Assembly (NCBI GenBank): GCA_963805625.1
Contig: CAWDVE010000019.1
Location: 648,698-712,697 of the forward strand
Length of the DNA: 64,000 bases
Reading direction: 5' to 3'
Source of the DNA: an uncultured Candidatus Rokubacteria bacterium
GTDB taxonomy: Bacteria > Methylomirabilota > Methylomirabilia > Rokubacteriales > DASRDR01
Of the stretch, positions 9,581-19,586 are shown one piece after another. The notes beneath the pieces were generated by a model that was given only the letters and a program-made list of their open reading frames with translations, made no database searches and had not been told where the DNA came from. The first letter of the stretch is position 1; every line of letters starts with the position of its first letter. The position numbers were made by a program, and so were the translations under genes.

Positions 9581-10354
9581 ATGTCGCCGCTGATCGAGCT
9601 CACCGGGGTCTCCAAGACCTACGCGGCGACCGACGGGCTCGTCCACGCGCTCGAGGGCGTCTCCCTGGACGTGCCCACCGGGGAGTTCCTGTCCGTCCTG
9701 GGGCCGTCCGGCTGCGGCAAGAGCACGCTCTTGCTCATGATCGCCGGGCTGCTCGCCCCCTCGGTGGGCGAGATCCGCGTGGCGGGCCGCCCGGTCACGC
9801 GCCCCCAGACCGACGTCGGCATCGTGTTCCAGAACCCCGTGCTCCTCGACTGGCGGACGGTCGTTCGGAACGTGCTGCTCCAGGTCGAGGCCCGCGCGCT
9901 CGACCTCGCCGAACACCGCGCGAAGGCCCGGGACCTCCTCCGGGCGGTGGGGCTCGAGGGGTTCGAGGACAAGTACCCGTTCGAGCTGTCCGGCGGCATG
10001 CGCCAGCGCACGGCGATCTGCCGCGCCCTGATCCACGACCCACCGCTGCTCCTGATGGACGAGCCGTTCGGTGCGCTTGACGCGCTCACGCGCGAGCAGA
10101 TGCGGCTCGACATCGAGCGGCTCTGGCTCGAGCGCCGGAAGACCGTCGTGTTCATCACGCACTCGATCCCGGAGGCGGTCCTCCTCTCCGATCGGGTCGT
10201 GGTCATGTCGCCCCGGCCCGGGCGGATCGACGGCATCCTCGACATCGATCTGCCGCGCCCGCGGCGCCTGGAGGTCCAGGAGTCGCCCCGCTTCGCCGAG
10301 TACCTGAAGGCGATCACGGATCTCTTCCGCGCGCGCGGCGTCCTGCGCTACTGA
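9581..10354 (+). CDS. NitT/TauT-type ABC ATP-binding protein
   Basis: GPSGCGKST, LSGGMRQR, LLMDEPFGALD. Confidence 0.95.
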   Translation: MSPLIELTGVSKTYAATDGLVHALEGVSLDVPTGEFLSVLGPSGCGKSTLLLMIAGLLAPSVGEIRVAGRPVTRPQTDVGIVFQNPVLLDWRTVVRNVLLQVEARALDLAEHRAKARDLLRAVGLEGFEDKYPFELSGGMRQRTAICRALIHDPPLLLMDEPFGALDALTREQMRLDIERLWLERRKTVVFITHSIPEAVLLSDRVVVMSPRPGRIDGILDIDLPRPRRLEVQESPRFAEYLKAITDLFRARGVLRY

Positions 10355-10366
10355 GCCGGAGGCCCC

Positions 10367-11356
10367 ATGACTCGACTCAAGTTCGGGATCTGCCCCACCG
10401 AGGGCGGCCACTTCTTCGGGGAGGCGCTGGCCGAGGTGGAGCGCGCGGAGGCCCTCGGCCTCGACTCGGTCTGGCTCGCCGAGCATCACGGTGTCCGCGA
10501 CCACTACTGGCCCGCCCCGGTCCAGATGCTGACCGCGCTCGCCGCGCGGACGTCGCGCCTCCTGCTGGGCGCCAACGTGTGCGTCTTTCCCTTCTACCAC
10601 CCGGTGCGGCTCGCGGAGGAGACGGCGCTTCTCGACGTCGTCTCGAACGGCCGCGCCGTGCTGGGCGTCGCCATCGGCTACAAGCCCGACGAATTCCTCC
10701 TCTACGACGCGGCCCTCGAGAAGCGGGGAGCGCGCCTCGAGGAGGGCCTCGCCCTGATGAAGGCCCTCTGGACGCGGGACGGCGTGACGCACCGGGGCGA
10801 GCACTTCACGGTGGTCGACGGGCGGATCGAGCCCAAGCCCGTCCAGCGGCCGCACCCGCCGGTGTGGGTCGGCGGCTGGGGAGACGTCACGCTCCGGCGC
10901 GCGGCGCTGCTCGCGGACGCCTGGCTGCCGGGTCCCACCGCGGATCTACCGCGCCTGCTCCGGAGCCAGGCCAAGATCCGCGAGCACCGGCGGGTCGCCG
11001 GGCTTCCCGAGCCGGCCGAGTGGCCGGTGACGCGCGAGCTCTGCATCGCCGAGACCGAGCGGGAGGCGCGCGAGCTGGCGGACCGGCACCTCATGCTCGC
11101 CTACGGCAAGGAGTACGGCGGGACGTGGAAGCACCCGTTCATCGACGCGGCGACCGCGGCCGACCTCGACCGCCTCGCGGTGGACCGCTTCCTGATCGGG
11201 ACGCCCGACCGGATCGTGCAGGGGCTCGAGCCCTACGTCCGCCAGTACGGCATGACCCACGTCATCTTCCGGCTCTTCACGCCGGGCATGCCGCATCGCC
11301 GGATCCTGCGCCAGATCGAGCTCCTGGCGAGGGAGGTCCTGCCCGCGTTTCGCTAG
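10367..11356 (+). CDS. LLM-class flavin-dependent oxidoreductase
   Basis: DSVWLAEHH, HPVRLAEE, PKPVQRPHPPVWVGG. Confidence 0.9.
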   Translation: MTRLKFGICPTEGGHFFGEALAEVERAEALGLDSVWLAEHHGVRDHYWPAPVQMLTALAARTSRLLLGANVCVFPFYHPVRLAEETALLDVVSNGRAVLGVAIGYKPDEFLLYDAALEKRGARLEEGLALMKALWTRDGVTHRGEHFTVVDGRIEPKPVQRPHPPVWVGGWGDVTLRRAALLADAWLPGPTADLPRLLRSQAKIREHRRVAGLPEPAEWPVTRELCIAETEREARELADRHLMLAYGKEYGGTWKHPFIDAATAADLDRLAVDRFLIGTPDRIVQGLEPYVRQYGMTHVIFRLFTPGMPHRRILRQIELLAREVLPAFR

Positions 11357-11523
11357 CCGGGCTCGGGCGCAGCAGGGATCGCCGACGTCACGGCAGGAGT
11401 CTACCGTCGCACACCCGCCATGGAGAGGCCGGCGATCACGTCTTCATCCCGATGGGGATCGATGAACGACCAGAAGAACTCGTTGAGGGCTCCGCGCCGC
11501 GCGTGGATCCGTGACGGCGGGCC

Positions 11524-12111
11524 TCACGCCCCGTCGATGGGACGCCAGGCGTGCCGCACCTGCCACGAGTCGCGGGAGAAGCGAAAGAAGTTCCCCCCTT
11601 CGGCCCCGGGTTGCTCGCGCCGGCGGCTGATGGGCTCTCCGAGAAGGTGGCAGAGGAGCAACGTCCCGACGGCGCCGTGCGCGACGATCGCGACCGGCGA
11701 GGGAGCGCCTGGCCCGCTCAGGACCTCGGCGACGGCCCGGACGATCCTCGCCTGCGCGTCGCGGGCGCGCTCCCAGCCGCGCACGGATTCGTCCGGGGTC
11801 GCGAAGAAGCGATCTGCCGTCGCTTCGAACTCCGTCTGCGGCAGGTACCCGGTCGACGAGCGGTCGTTTTCTCCGAGCCCCTCGAACGCCCGGGGCCTGA
11901 CGCCGGAGGCCGCCGCGAGGAACGCCGCGCTCTCGATCGCTTTGCGCTCCGTGCTGGAGACCACGGCGCGGAGCGTGGCGGCGAGCGGCGTGTTCGCGAA
12001 CGCCTTCATACGTTCACGGCCCCGCTCCGAAAGCGACCAATCTGGCACGGGCACGCGCGGGTCGATCGCGACGTTCGGGTGCGTGATGAAGAAGACGTCG
12101 GCTTCGGTCAT
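11524..12111 (-). CDS. Histidine phosphatase superfamily protein
   Basis: THP in place of RHG, SSTERKA, GENDR, VAHG. Confidence 0.75.
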   Translation of the reverse strand: MTEADVFFITHPNVAIDPRVPVPDWSLSERGRERMKAFANTPLAATLRAVVSSTERKAIESAAFLAAASGVRPRAFEGLGENDRSSTGYLPQTEFEATADRFFATPDESVRGWERARDAQARIVRAVAEVLSGPGAPSPVAIVAHGAVGTLLLCHLLGEPISRRREQPGAEGGNFFRFSRDSWQVRHAWRPIDGA

Positions 12112-12216
12112 CGATCCGCCGAGGTCATGACGCGCTTCGCATCATTCGCTGCGAGAACATTCGTCACTGACGGCGAAAGAAAGAACTGAGCGACAATAAG
12201 GAGGGGAGGAGCACCC

Positions 12217-12666
12217 ATGTACGGCTTGATCCTCGCGCTGCTCGCGTTCGTGCTCATCGCGCCGGCTCACGCCCAGGTGCACGTGGACATCGGCATCTAT
12301 CTACCCGCGCCACCCCAGCTGGTGATCGTGCCCCAGGTCCCGACCGTGAGGTACGTGCCGGCTCTGGCCGCGCCCGGCAACCTCTTCTTCTACGGCGGAC
12401 AATACTGGGCCTTCGCGAGCGGCGGCTGGTACGTCAGCGCGGGGTACAACGGACCGTGGCTGGTCGTCGGGCCGCAGTTCGTGCCTCGACCCATCCTGCT
12501 GGTGCCGGTGCAGTACTACCACGTCCCGCCCGGGCACTGGAAGCAATGGGAGCGCAGGTACCCGCCGCACTGGCAGGAGGACTGGGGCCGGGAGTGGGCC
12601 GACAAGCGGGGCTGGCACGACGATCGGGGGAAGGGGCGCGGCAAAGGACACGGGAAGGGTCGGTAA
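12217..12666 (+). CDS. Secreted Pro/Trp/Tyr-rich hypothetical protein
   Basis: Signal peptide AHA-Q, strong RBS, YNGPW/VPPGHWK, GKGHGKGR tail. Confidence 0.75.
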   Translation: MYGLILALLAFVLIAPAHAQVHVDIGIYLPAPPQLVIVPQVPTVRYVPALAAPGNLFFYGGQYWAFASGGWYVSAGYNGPWLVVGPQFVPRPILLVPVQYYHVPPGHWKQWERRYPPHWQEDWGREWADKRGWHDDRGKGRGKGHGKGR

Positions 12667-12771
12667 CACCGCGCGGCATCACCTGGCGCCCCGCTACTCC
12701 CTAGTCCATGCTGCTGCGGGCGGATCGACTCATTCCGTGAGGGCACATGGAGCCGTACGCGCTCGGAAGGG

Positions 12772-13689
12772 TCACACCAGCTTGCGGCACTCCTCCATCA
12801 GCCCGAGCCAGCGGTCGAGCTTCTGCGCACCCGGCATGAAGGTCGGATCGAAATGCAGCTCGTGGGCACCGATTCGCTTGCACCCCTCGACGTCCTCCTT
12901 GACCTGCTCGAGCGTCCCGGTGAAGATCATTCCGTCCTTCGGCCGGGGCTTGCGACCGATCTCCACGTTGGCGCGCACGACCAGGTGGAGCTTCGACGGG
13001 TCGCGGCCCGCCTCCTTCGCCATCTGCTTCAACCCCGCGAACATGTTCTGCATCCCGTCCACGGGGATCGCCACGGGGTTCCAGCCGTCGGCCAGCCGCG
13101 CGATACGTCCCAGCGCCGCCGGGACGAACGCCGCCATGTAGATTGGCGGGTGAGGCTTCTGCACGGGCTTCACTTCGATCACCGATCTGGGCACTGTGTA
13201 GAACTTGCCCTTGAACTCGGCGGGGTCCGTGGTCCAGATGGCCTTCATCACGGCCAGAAACTCCTCGGCCCTCGCGCCACGCTGCGTCATCGGCACACCC
13301 AGGGCGTCGTGCTCATCCTTCGACCAGCCCAGACCCAGCCCTAGGCGCACGCGCCCGCTGGACAGCACGTCCAGCGTGGTCACGCGGCGGGCCAGCATCA
13401 CCGGACTGTAGTAGGGAATGTCGAGCACGCTCGTTCCCAGCGCGATCTTCTTCGTGTGCCCGGCCACGAACGTGAGCGCGTCCAGCGGATCCAGAACGCG
13501 CTTGTACTCCTCCGGCAGCGAGCCGTCCGGCGTCGCTCCATACCGGGTCTGCGGCGCCAGAGGCCACAGTAGCCGTTCCACGGTCCAAAGGCTGTCGTAG
13601 GCGAGCGCCTCCGCGTGCTGTGCGATCTTCACCAGGTTTTCGGCAGTGCCGATGGAACCGATGTTACCGAGCGCGAATCCGACTCGCAT
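12772..13689 (-). CDS. LLM-class (F420-type) oxidoreductase
   Basis: DSLWTVERLL, LDPLDAL, KPVQKPHPPIY. Confidence 0.88.
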   Translation of the reverse strand: MRVGFALGNIGSIGTAENLVKIAQHAEALAYDSLWTVERLLWPLAPQTRYGATPDGSLPEEYKRVLDPLDALTFVAGHTKKIALGTSVLDIPYYSPVMLARRVTTLDVLSSGRVRLGLGLGWSKDEHDALGVPMTQRGARAEEFLAVMKAIWTTDPAEFKGKFYTVPRSVIEVKPVQKPHPPIYMAAFVPAALGRIARLADGWNPVAIPVDGMQNMFAGLKQMAKEAGRDPSKLHLVVRANVEIGRKPRPKDGMIFTGTLEQVKEDVEGCKRIGAHELHFDPTFMPGAQKLDRWLGLMEECRKLV

Positions 13690-13800
13690 CGTTGGCTCCC
13701 TCCGTGCGGGACGTGGATGGCACCCGCTGGCCGCCCACCCGCACTGCCTTTACAATAGCGCTATCTTCTTCCGCCAACACGAACTGCGAAGGAGTATCCC

Positions 13801-14002
13801 ATGACCAGCGTCTCCCCGCTCGGTTACATCGGCATCGGCACCAGCGACGACACGGCCTGGAAGGACCTCGCCACTGATATCCTCGGCATGCAGGGCCCCC
13901 GAGGGGAAGTAGAGGGTCCCAATCGTCATTCCGGTCGAGCGCGTGATGGAAGCCGCGGCCAAACTGTCCACGCAGCTCGGGTACCGGGAATCGCCCGCAT
14001 GA
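13801..14002 (+). pseudogene. Deletion scar: extradiol dioxygenase (BphC/HsaC-like) N-terminus joined to IclR-like C-terminus
   Basis: RBS+MTSVSPLGYIGIGTSDDTAWKDLATDILGMQ, then ERVMEAAAKLSTQLGYRESPA* in another frame. Confidence 0.65.
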
Positions 14003-14003
14003 G

Positions 14004-14906
14004 ATGAAAGGAGCCACGATGGACGAGCGCATTCACGGGATCGTCCCCCCGATGATCACGCCGTTCCGGGCCGACGACAGCATCGACGAGGAGGCGCTCC
14101 GGGCGGAGACCCGTTACTTGATCGAGACCGCACGGGTCCACGGCGTGGCCGTCACCGGGAGCACCGGCGAGGGTCATGCCATGACGACCACCGAGGTCCG
14201 GCGCGTCACCGAGGTCGTGGTCGCGGAGGCGCGGGGGCGGGTGCCGGTGATCACCGGGATCATCACGGACAGCACGTCCTCGGCCATCGAGCGCGGGAAG
14301 GCCGTCCGTGACCTGGGCGTGGCGGCCCTGCAGGTCACCCCGGTCCACTACCTCTTCCGGCCGGACGACGACGCCATGGTCCGGCACTTCGAGGCGCTGG
14401 CCCGGGGGACCGGTCTGCCCATCATCATCTACAACGTGGTCCCGTGGACCTACCTCTCCCCGCAGCTGCTGGCGCGGATCCTGACGTCGGTCGACGGCGT
14501 GATCGGCGTGAAGCAGAGCGCGGGGGACATGAAGCTGCTGGCCGACCTGCTCCTCCTCGTCGGGAACCGGGCCCGGATCATGACGGCCGTGGACGCGCTT
14601 CTCTATCCGTCGTTTACGCTCGGCGCCCACGGCGCGATCGCGGCGATCCTGACCGCGGTGCCCCGGCTCTGCGTCCAGCTGTGGGACGCCGTGCAGGCCG
14701 GGGACCACAAGCAGGCGCTCGCGCTCCACGAGAAGCTCCTGCCGGTGTGGAACGCGATCGCCCAGGACAACCTTCCCGCGAACGTGAAGTACTGCCTCGC
14801 GCTCCAGGGCCGGCCGGGGGGCGTGCCGCGCGCCCCGATGCCGGAGACGTCGAAGACCCAGGCGGGCCCGATCCGGCAGGCCCTCACTCACGCCGGCGCG
14901 CTCTAG
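14004..14906 (+). CDS. DHDPS/NAL-family protein
   Basis: GSTGEG, IIYNVVP, GVKQS; start may be 14019. Confidence 0.92.
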   Translation: MKGATMDERIHGIVPPMITPFRADDSIDEEALRAETRYLIETARVHGVAVTGSTGEGHAMTTTEVRRVTEVVVAEARGRVPVITGIITDSTSSAIERGKAVRDLGVAALQVTPVHYLFRPDDDAMVRHFEALARGTGLPIIIYNVVPWTYLSPQLLARILTSVDGVIGVKQSAGDMKLLADLLLLVGNRARIMTAVDALLYPSFTLGAHGAIAAILTAVPRLCVQLWDAVQAGDHKQALALHEKLLPVWNAIAQDNLPANVKYCLALQGRPGGVPRAPMPETSKTQAGPIRQALTHAGAL

Positions 14907-14952
14907 CTCCAGCCGGCGCTCCTGCGAGCGCCGTGCGGACAAGGAGGATCTC

Positions 14953-15930
14953 ATGCGGCGCAGCATGGTGCAGCTGTTCTGGATCGTGGCGGCCATCGGC
15001 TTGGCCGTCGGGCTCACACACGGTACGGCGGCGGCCTTTCCGGACAAGGACATCACTCTCGTGGTGCCATGGGCCGCGGGCGGCGGGACCGACACGCTGG
15101 CGCGCACGCTCGTGAAGAACGCCAAGAAGTATCTCGGGGTCAACGTCACGGTGGTCAACCGGGTCGGGGGGAACGGCGTCGTCGGGATGAGCTCCGTGGC
15201 CACCGCCAAGCCGGACGGCTACACGGTCGGCGTCATCACGTTCCACCTGAGCGCCTATCGGCTCATGGGCCTCGCGGATCTCTCGTACCGAGACTTCGAC
15301 CTCATCGCCCTGCTCAACCGGAGCCAGGCCGGCCTGTCGGTCAGGGCCGACTCCCAGTTCAAGACCCTGAAGGACCTCGTGGAGTTCGCCAAGGCGAACC
15401 CCGGCGTGGTCACGGTAGGCCACTCGGGGCCCGGCGGCTCCTGGCATCTCGCGGCGGCCGACCTTGCCAAGAAGCACGAGCTGAAGTTCGCCTTCGTGCC
15501 CTTCGACGGGGCGGCGCCGACCCGGACCGCCCTGGTCGGCGGCCACGTGAGCGTCGCCGCCACGGGGATGGACGAGGTGCTCCAGTTCTACCAGACGAAG
15601 CAGGTCCGCATCCTGGCCGCGGTCAGCCCCACGCGGCATCCCGCCTTCCCGGACGTGCCCACGATGGCCGAGGCCGGGTTCCCCGTGGAGAATCCGATCT
15701 TCGACTGGCGCGGTCTGGGCGCCCCCAAGGGCACGCCGCCGGACGTCCTGAAGACGCTCCGCGAGGGATTCCGGCAGGCCGCCGAGGACCCGGAGTACAT
15801 CGCCCTGCTCGAGAAGCTGGCCTTGCCGCGCGCGTACCTCGACCACGAGAGGTTCCAGGAGTTCCTGGCCGGCATGGAGCGGACCATGGAGCCCACGCTG
15901 GAGATGGTCGGGCTCCTCAAGAAGAAGTAG
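14953..15930 (+). CDS. tctC: Tripartite tricarboxylate transporter substrate-binding protein (Bug/TctC)
   Basis: VPWAAGGGTD, PDGYT, PDVPTMAEAG. Confidence 0.92.
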   Translation: MRRSMVQLFWIVAAIGLAVGLTHGTAAAFPDKDITLVVPWAAGGGTDTLARTLVKNAKKYLGVNVTVVNRVGGNGVVGMSSVATAKPDGYTVGVITFHLSAYRLMGLADLSYRDFDLIALLNRSQAGLSVRADSQFKTLKDLVEFAKANPGVVTVGHSGPGGSWHLAAADLAKKHELKFAFVPFDGAAPTRTALVGGHVSVAATGMDEVLQFYQTKQVRILAAVSPTRHPAFPDVPTMAEAGFPVENPIFDWRGLGAPKGTPPDVLKTLREGFRQAAEDPEYIALLEKLALPRAYLDHERFQEFLAGMERTMEPTLEMVGLLKKK

Positions 15931-16009
15931 GACTCCGCGCAAGGCGTGCCGCGTGTCGGGGGTGTGCGCACCCGCCGGCGCGCGGCACGGGCTCCGGATC
16001 GGAGAGCGC

Positions 16010-16486
16010 ATGCCGCCCGTGTCCATGAAGCCCGTGTCCATGAGGAAGGTCGACATCCTTGCCGCGCTGATCCTCGTGCCGGTCTGCCTCTACGTCTTCT
16101 ACGAGTCCGGCCGATGGCCCATTCCTCCGGACATGGGGAACCCGGCCTGGATCCCGCGCGGGGTCGCCGCCTGTCTCCTGGGGGCGGCCGGCCTGCTGCT
16201 CGTGCGGGCCTGGCAGGGTCGCTCGCTGACACTGCCGGCTCGACTGGCTGGACCGGACCGGGCCCGGGTCCTGTGGGCGGTGATCCTGACGAGCGCCTAC
16301 GTGATCCTGATCGAGCGAGTCGGATTCATCGCGACCACCGCGCCCTACCTCTTCGGCTTCGGCGCGGCGCTGGGCGAGCGGCGGTGGGCACGGCTCGCGA
16401 TCTTCGCCCTGGTCGTGCCGGTGGCCATCTACCTGCTCTTCGACGCCGCCCTCCACGTCCCCCTGCCGCGCGGCCTGCTCCGGTGA
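16010..16486 (+). CDS. tctB: Tripartite tricarboxylate transporter small membrane subunit
   Basis: 4-TM protein ending LHVPLPRG between tctC and tctA; start may be 16040. Confidence 0.85.
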   Translation: MPPVSMKPVSMRKVDILAALILVPVCLYVFYESGRWPIPPDMGNPAWIPRGVAACLLGAAGLLLVRAWQGRSLTLPARLAGPDRARVLWAVILTSAYVILIERVGFIATTAPYLFGFGAALGERRWARLAIFALVVPVAIYLLFDAALHVPLPRGLLR

Positions 16487-16505
16487 CGGGACCCTCGACC
16501 CACCA

Positions 16506-18017
16506 GTGATCGATCTTGCGCTGCTGTTCCAGGGGTTCGGGACGGTCCTGTCCGGCTACACGGCCGTCGCGCTGATCCTCGGCTCGTTCTTCGGCATCAT
16601 CATCGGCGCGATCCCCGGTCTCACGGCCACGATGGGGATCGCGCTCCTCGTGCCGTTCACCTTCGGGATGACCCCGATCACCGGCATCGTCATGCTCCTC
16701 GGGATCTACACCGGGGCCATCTACGGCGGCGGGATCGCGTCGATCCTGATCAAGACCCCCGGCACCCCCGCTGCGATGGCCACCGTGTTCGACGGTTACC
16801 CCATGGCCCAGCAGGGGCTCGCCGGCAAGGCCATCGGGATCGCCACCGTCTCCTCGGGGGTGGGTGGCACCTTCACCGCCCTCTGCCTCGCGTTCTTCGC
16901 ACCGATCCTGGCGAACGTCGCCCTGCGCTTCTCGGCCCCCGAGTACTTCGCCCTGGCCGTCTTCGGCCTGTCGGTGACCATCACGCTGTCGGGCCGCTCG
17001 CCGGTCAAGGGCGTCATCTCCGGCGCTCTCGGCTTGCTCCTGGCCATGGTGGGCCTGGATCCCATGGGCGGGTTTCCGCGATTCACGCTCGGCCTCGTGG
17101 AGCTCAGCGGCGGCCTCTCCTTCGTGCCCATGCTCATCGGCCTGTTCGCGCTCTCCGAGGGCTTCCGCCAGGTCGAGACGATCATGACGGCCCCCAAGGT
17201 GACGGCGGTGATCCGGAACATCCTGCCGGACCTCAAGGACCTCAAGGCCTGTCTCCCCGCCTACCTCCGGGCGTGTCCGATCGGTCTCTTGGTCGGGATC
17301 ACGCCGGCGATCGGCGCCGACACGGCGGCCTTTCTCAGCTACGCGGAGACCAAGCGCGCCTCCAAGCACCCCGAGCGGTTCGGCACCGGGGTGCCCGAGG
17401 GCGTCGCCGCCGCGCAGTGCGGGGAGAACGCCAGCACCGGCGGGGACGTCCTGCCCATGATCACGCTCGGCATTCCCGGCGACGCGGCGACGGCGGTCCT
17501 GATGGGGGCGCTCACCATCCACAACCTGCAGCCCGGTCCCATGCTGTTCCAGAGTCATCCGGACGTCGTGCACCAGATCTTCGCCGGCATGATCCTGGCC
17601 AACCTCACGTTCGTCGTCCTGGGCCTGGCCTTCGCCCGGTTCTTCGCCCAGGTCATCGACATCGGCCGGACGTACCTCGTGCCGCTGGTCTTCATCTGCT
17701 GCATGGTGGGCGCCTACGCCATCAATAACGTGTTCTACGACCTCGTGACCTGCGTGGTCTTCGGGTTCATCGGCTACTTGATGCTCCGGTATGACTTCCC
17801 GGTGGCGCCGATGGTCCTGGCCCAGATCCTCGGCGGCATGATGGAGTCGAACTTCCGCCGCGCCCTGGCGATGTCCCGGGGCGACCCGGCGATCTTCCTG
17901 ACGCGCCCGATCACGGTGGGCATCCTGGCGCTGGCCGCGTTCACTGCCATCGTCGCAGTGCGCCGGCAGCGCGAGGCGCTGCGGCAGGTGCCGGCCGCGG
18001 CCGGGATGGAGGGCTGA
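16506..18017 (+). CDS. tctA: Tripartite tricarboxylate transporter large subunit
   Basis: GAIPGLTATMGIALL, PGTPAA, DGYPMA, LGIPGD. Confidence 0.95.
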   Translation: MIDLALLFQGFGTVLSGYTAVALILGSFFGIIIGAIPGLTATMGIALLVPFTFGMTPITGIVMLLGIYTGAIYGGGIASILIKTPGTPAAMATVFDGYPMAQQGLAGKAIGIATVSSGVGGTFTALCLAFFAPILANVALRFSAPEYFALAVFGLSVTITLSGRSPVKGVISGALGLLLAMVGLDPMGGFPRFTLGLVELSGGLSFVPMLIGLFALSEGFRQVETIMTAPKVTAVIRNILPDLKDLKACLPAYLRACPIGLLVGITPAIGADTAAFLSYAETKRASKHPERFGTGVPEGVAAAQCGENASTGGDVLPMITLGIPGDAATAVLMGALTIHNLQPGPMLFQSHPDVVHQIFAGMILANLTFVVLGLAFARFFAQVIDIGRTYLVPLVFICCMVGAYAINNVFYDLVTCVVFGFIGYLMLRYDFPVAPMVLAQILGGMMESNFRRALAMSRGDPAIFLTRPITVGILALAAFTAIVAVRRQREALRQVPAAAGMEG

Positions 18018-18239
18018 CGATGGTCATCGACTGTCACGCGCCAACTCCTGGACGATCACGGCAGCGACGCCCAGCTCATCTCGCCGCGCCCCCCTAACCC
18101 GATGCACGGCGAGCGACCGGCGAAGCTCATCCACTGGGTCGCGGAGGCCTGCCACGAGTCGACGGGAAGAGCCCGCCCCTGTCCACGGATGCTGTGTTGT
18201 ATTGACGGGCTGCCATCCTGGTAGCACCATGGGCGGGCG

Positions 18240-18584
18240 ATGACGCCTCGTTCGACAGCCTACCTGTTCGTGCGATTCGGCCTCGGCCATGCACCCGAGG
18301 ACCTTCAACTCCGGGTGACCGGGAACTTCCTCACGCTCCTCGATGGAGCTGAAGAGCGCCCGTCGGCTCTCCTTTTCTACACCGACGGCGTGAGGCTCGT
18401 CTGCGAGGGCTCGCCGGTCCTCGACCAGCTGCGCGGGCTCGAGTCGCGAGGAGCGGAGGTCATCAGCTGCCGGACCTGCCTCGAGTACTTCGGCCTCACG
18501 AGCAAGGTGCGGGTCGGGACGGTCGGAGGCATGCCGGCGATCCTGGATGCCATGGCGCGAGCCGGCAAAGTTGTGACCCTCTGA
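18240..18584 (+). CDS. DsrE-family / YedF C-domain-like protein
   Basis: FYTDGVRL, SCRTCLEYFGL, VGGM. Confidence 0.8.
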   Translation: MTPRSTAYLFVRFGLGHAPEDLQLRVTGNFLTLLDGAEERPSALLFYTDGVRLVCEGSPVLDQLRGLESRGAEVISCRTCLEYFGLTSKVRVGTVGGMPAILDAMARAGKVVTL

Positions 18585-18647
18585 CGCGTCACGATGCTGC
18601 CCGGACGCTCGGGAGCCCGGTCGCCGTTCCGCTGGCAGGAGGCATCC

Positions 18648-19280
18648 ATGCGAAGTGATGGCATCAGGATGTTCGCCGTCTCGCTGACAGTGACGGTCGC
18701 CCTGCTCGGTGGACGCGGGAACAGCGACGCGCAGACGCCCCCTCTGCCTCCGGGGCATCCGCCCCTCGGCGGCTCCGGCGGTCAGCGCGGACTTCCCGGG
18801 CCGCCTCCGGACAGCGGAGGCGCTGGCCTCACCTGGAAGTCCCCGGCCGGCTGGACGGAAGAGAGGCCCTCGTCCTTCATGCGCCGCGCTCAGTACCGTA
18901 TCCCGGGCCCGGGCGGTCCCGCGGAACTCGTCGTCTTCTATTTCGGCCCCGGACAGGGCGGCGACGCCCAGGCCAACGCGGCCCGCTGGGCCGCTCAGTT
19001 TCATCGACCCGATGGCCGTCCCGCGGGGGACGCCGCCAAGACTCGCGAGGTCAAGGTCGGTGGCGTCCCCGTGATGCTCGTGGAGGTCACGGGCACGTAC
19101 GTCGGCGGAATGGGCAGCGGGCCGAGCGGGGCCGAGCGGCCGAACTACATGCTCCTGGGCGCCATCGCGCAGGGCCCGGATGCCAACTGGTTCTTCCGCG
19201 CGACAGGGCCCCGTGCGACGCTCGAGGCCCAGCGGGCCGCCTTCGACGAGCTCATTCGCTCGATTCGACCTCGCCACTAG
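18648..19280 (+). CDS. Exported hypothetical protein
   Basis: AGGAGG RBS, signal peptide, LPPGHPP, GGDAQANAARWAAQF. Confidence 0.75.
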   Translation: MRSDGIRMFAVSLTVTVALLGGRGNSDAQTPPLPPGHPPLGGSGGQRGLPGPPPDSGGAGLTWKSPAGWTEERPSSFMRRAQYRIPGPGGPAELVVFYFGPGQGGDAQANAARWAAQFHRPDGRPAGDAAKTREVKVGGVPVMLVEVTGTYVGGMGSGPSGAERPNYMLLGAIAQGPDANWFFRATGPRATLEAQRAAFDELIRSIRPRH

Positions 19281-19315
19281 TCACGGCCTGATCCCACTGA
19301 GGACGTGGCGGTCAG

Positions 19316-19585
19316 TCAGCGCGCGCGGTAGACGTCGCCCCGATGGCCCATCTTGATCACGAGGACGAGAAGCTCGTCATCGTGCACGACGTAGATGACG
19401 CGCCAGTCCCCGACCCGGATACGCATCTCGCCCTCGCCGCCCTTGAGCCTCTCGGCCCCCGGTGGCTGCGGGTCGGTGCCGAGCGCCTCGATCCGCCGGG
19501 CGATGCGGCGCCTTATCGGGGGGTCGAGAGACGCGAGCTGTCGCCGAGCTGCGGGCGTGAAGGCGATCCGGGAGGCCGGCACCAT
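19316..19585 (-). CDS. relE: RelE/ParE-family toxin
   Basis: LKG...RIRVGDWRVIY...GHRGDVY. Confidence 0.92.
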   Translation of the reverse strand: MVPASRIAFTPAARRQLASLDPPIRRRIARRIEALGTDPQPPGAERLKGGEGEMRIRVGDWRVIYVVHDDELLVLVIKMGHRGDVYRAR

Positions 19586-19586
19586 G

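Noticed and set aside
16015-16045. 15-bp tandem repeat at the tctB start (PVSMK/PVSMR)
   Set aside because: Short in-frame slippage duplication with no evidence of function.
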